Positions 61,368 to 64,000 of a DNA stretch of 64,000 nucleotides are shown piece by piece (position 1 is the first letter of the stretch; each line of letters begins with the position of its first letter). The DNA is taken from assembly GCF_006345805.1 (NCBI RefSeq), contig NC_042997.1, positions 90,086,001-90,150,000 of the forward strand. The letters are read 5' to 3'. The notes under the pieces are model-generated. The model had not been told where the DNA came from and did no database searches. It saw only the letters and a program-made list of their open reading frames with translations. The stretch is from Octopus sinensis. Its lineage: Eukaryota. The position numbers and the translations under genes were made by a program.

Positions 61368-62284
61368 TCACACACACATAGATATATCATCAATATAGTA
61401 TGTCTGTTTTTCCATGCTATAATGGGATGGATGAGTCACATCATACAATGTCTATACTGTGGATTGGGAGTATTTCACAGTGTCACAAGTGTAAATACTA
61501 GAAAAGGTTGTTGCTGTGGTATGCGGAGTCCACTCCATGTTCATATATCTTTTACATTTTGCTTATTTCAGTCTAGAGACTCTAGAGACATTGTTCCAAG
61601 CAAAGAGAGGTAATGAGTTCCTTCTGACTCTGTATCAGTTCTTATTCAAAACAACTATCCCCTTAGACAAGTAGTCTGTGATGCACACAAATATGTACAC
61701 ACAAACGTGTGCAAATACACACACACACACTTGTACACAGACATATTTATGTCTTTGTGTAATTGTATGTAAATATGACTCTGAGTAAGAAGCTCACCCC
61801 TCAACTATGTAGTTATGGGTTTAAAATCACAACCTGGTACCTTGAGCAAATATCTCCTACCATATCCTCAGATCAACCAAATCCTTGTAAATAATATTTG
61901 GTGGATGGAAACTGTGAGAAAGCCTGTTGGTGAGACTATTCATACTCTTGGCTGATAGGCTTAATTCATTGCATGGTTTTAATATCACCATATGGCTCTT
62001 AGGTAATTTTTAGCAAAGTCTACTCTACTGCAAGCATTTGGGCCATGTCTCTGGTCTGAGCATAACATCCACCCTTTCTATCATCAGTTTTGGGGGCCCT
62101 GCAAACAACTTGGGCATTGCCCTTCCTTCTTCAAAACAAACAAACAAAAAAACAAGATAACAAAAATCAGTCAAAAAGATAAATTGCAAGAGGGCTGCAA
62201 ATGAGATTGAACTCATTTCCTCTGATTTATACATGCACACACACACACACACACACAAGAAGTATAAAGACATTTGTTGTTTAG

Positions 62285-62506
62285 CCCTTTAGCATTCAGG
62301 TTACTCTGTCAAATGTAATGCTTATTTATTCATATTGTTTTGAATTAATCATGCATTATCACATAGTTTTATGATTTCAATAATGTGGTTGCTTATTTTT
62401 AGAATGACATTGCACAGGGTAGGTGTGAGAGGCTAGATATGCCCAGTTTGAACAAAAAACAAGTAGCATATTTGGGCCAGATATGACTGCTTTAAATGCT
62501 AAAGGG
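62285..62506. mobile_element. piggyBac-type MITE (family D) with TTAG target duplication
   Basis: TTAG/CCCTTTAGCATT...AATGCTAAAGGG/TTAG; perfect 12-bp TIR. Confidence 0.85.
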
Positions 62507-62804
62507 TTAGATATCACTGAAGGTTTCATCTTTTAATAGTGATTCTTGGTAACATTCTACACACTAGCAGGCATGGCTGTGTGGTTAAGAAGCTCACTTT
62601 GCGACCAAGTGGTTTTGAGTTCAGTCCCGCTGTGCGGCACACTGAACAAGTATCTTCTACTATAGACCAGGGCCAATGAGTGCCTTGTGAGTGAATCTAG
62701 GAACTGTGTGAAAGCCTCTAAAAATAAACTATTACATTGTTGAAATATTGAAATTACAAGATGGTTAATTCAAAACAATGTGAATAAATAAGATTACATT
62801 TGAT

Positions 62805-63064
62805 CAGGGCTGTGGAGTTGAAACAAAAAACTTCAACTCTGACTCCGACTCCGGTACTATTGGCACCTCCGACTTTGACTCCTCTTTATGTAATTAAGTG
62901 ATTGTGGTCTACATACCTCAAAGCATATGCATATGCTTGTACTTTGATGTTATAACCAGTTTATATTAAAGAATAAAGACATTGTGAGTCAGAATCAGAG
63001 TCAGCATAGTTTTACCAACTCTAGCTACCCCTTAATTGTTTCTGACTCTGACTCCACAGCCCTG
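62805..63064. mobile_element. hAT-type MITE with internal GACTCC/GAGTC(A) repeats
   Basis: Perfect 14-bp TIR CAGGGCTGTGGAGT; flanks catttgat/catttaaa (6/8). Confidence 0.75.
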
Positions 63065-63114
63065 CATTTAAAGAAAAAAAGAGGACTGGCTTGATTTGTA
63101 TGACAAAACCCTTT

Positions 63115-63550
63115 CAGATGGTTTTGGACTGTGGCCATGCTGGGGCACTGCCGTGAAGGCTTTTAGTTGAATGAATCAATCCCACTACTATTTTTGCTTT
63201 TAAGGTTGGTACCTACTCTATTGGTTTCTTATGCTGAACCACTAAGTTGCAGGGATGTGAACAAATCAACAACAGTTGTCAAGTAGTGGTGAGGGACAAA
63301 CAGAAACACTAATATATAAATGCGCACACATGTATATATACACACACACACTCTGAATGAAGCCCATCACACATATATAGCTATATATAATGGACTTTGT
63401 TCAGTTTCCCCCTACCAAATCTACTCACAAGGCTTTGGTTGATCCAGTGCTGCAGTAGAAGGCACTTGCTCAAGATGCCATACAGTGGGACTGAACCGAA
63501 AACCATGGGGTTGGGAAGCAAACTTGTTACCACACAGCCATACCTGCACC
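63115..63550 (-). mobile_element. SINE family A
   Basis: Reverse-complement match. Confidence 0.75.
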
Positions 63551-63669
63551 TATGTTAATTTGAATATGTTGCTAACTTAAGTTAACAACAGTCCCCCAGT
63601 ATGTTGCTAAGGTATACTGTAGGATACAATAGGTATTTATAAAGGTATGCTACAAATAATGCATATAAG

Positions 63670-64000
63670 GTATACTAAAGACCCCCTTTGGTCATGAATG
63701 ACCATGGGATTGCACCAAGAAAGTTCCCCTCCAAGGCATAAGTCTGGGCAAGGTTGTTTATTGAAGACCAGTAGTCGCCCATGCATACCAGCCTCCCCTC
63801 TCCATGCCAATGATGCTATCCAAGGGAAAAGCAAAGGAAGCTACAGCTTGGCACCAGTGATGTCACAACTTATTTCTGTAACTGAGTGAACTGGAGCAAT
63901 GTGAAATAAAATGTCTTGCTCAAGAACACAACACACAGCTTGGTCTGGGAATCAAACTCACTACCTCATGATTGTGAGCCTGACATTCTAACCACTGAAC
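63670..64000 (-). mobile_element. SINE family B
   Basis: Matches 7925-8190 and the reverse of the head at 13161-13280. Confidence 0.75.

Overview
AT-rich, microsatellite- and transposon-saturated eukaryotic DNA. The SINE, MITE and RTE families look like those of Octopus (inference, no database check). The only host gene I can support is ERAL1 (mitochondrial GTPase Era) on the minus strand. Three small coding exons (45045-44918, G1 GVPNAGKST; 24321-24244, G2 KVHTTR; 3760-3714, G3 DTPG) splice in frame across two introns of about 20.5 kb; I could not find the first or later exons in the window. Almost all listed ORFs are microsatellite artefacts or transposon debris. That debris includes a young 5'-truncated RTE LINE, older RTE/CRE/CR1-like pieces, Tc1/mariner remnants, TA-, TTAA- and 8-bp-TSD MITEs (some nested) and dozens of SINEs. 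Best candidate for something new: a complete type I hammerhead ribozyme (25702-25797, + strand, all core nucleotides present, palindromic stem III, 43-nt loop II). It sits inside a CpG-rich 552-bp unit bounded by perfect 17-bp direct repeats, resembles a Penelope-like pLTR or retrozyme, and lies antisense within an ERAL1 intron. Other highlights: an 830-bp loop-less diverged palindrome (59532-60360), a TSD-bounded chimeric SINE, and two near-identical tandem duplications that may be assembly artefacts. No CRISPR array, rRNA or intact tRNA gene was seen.
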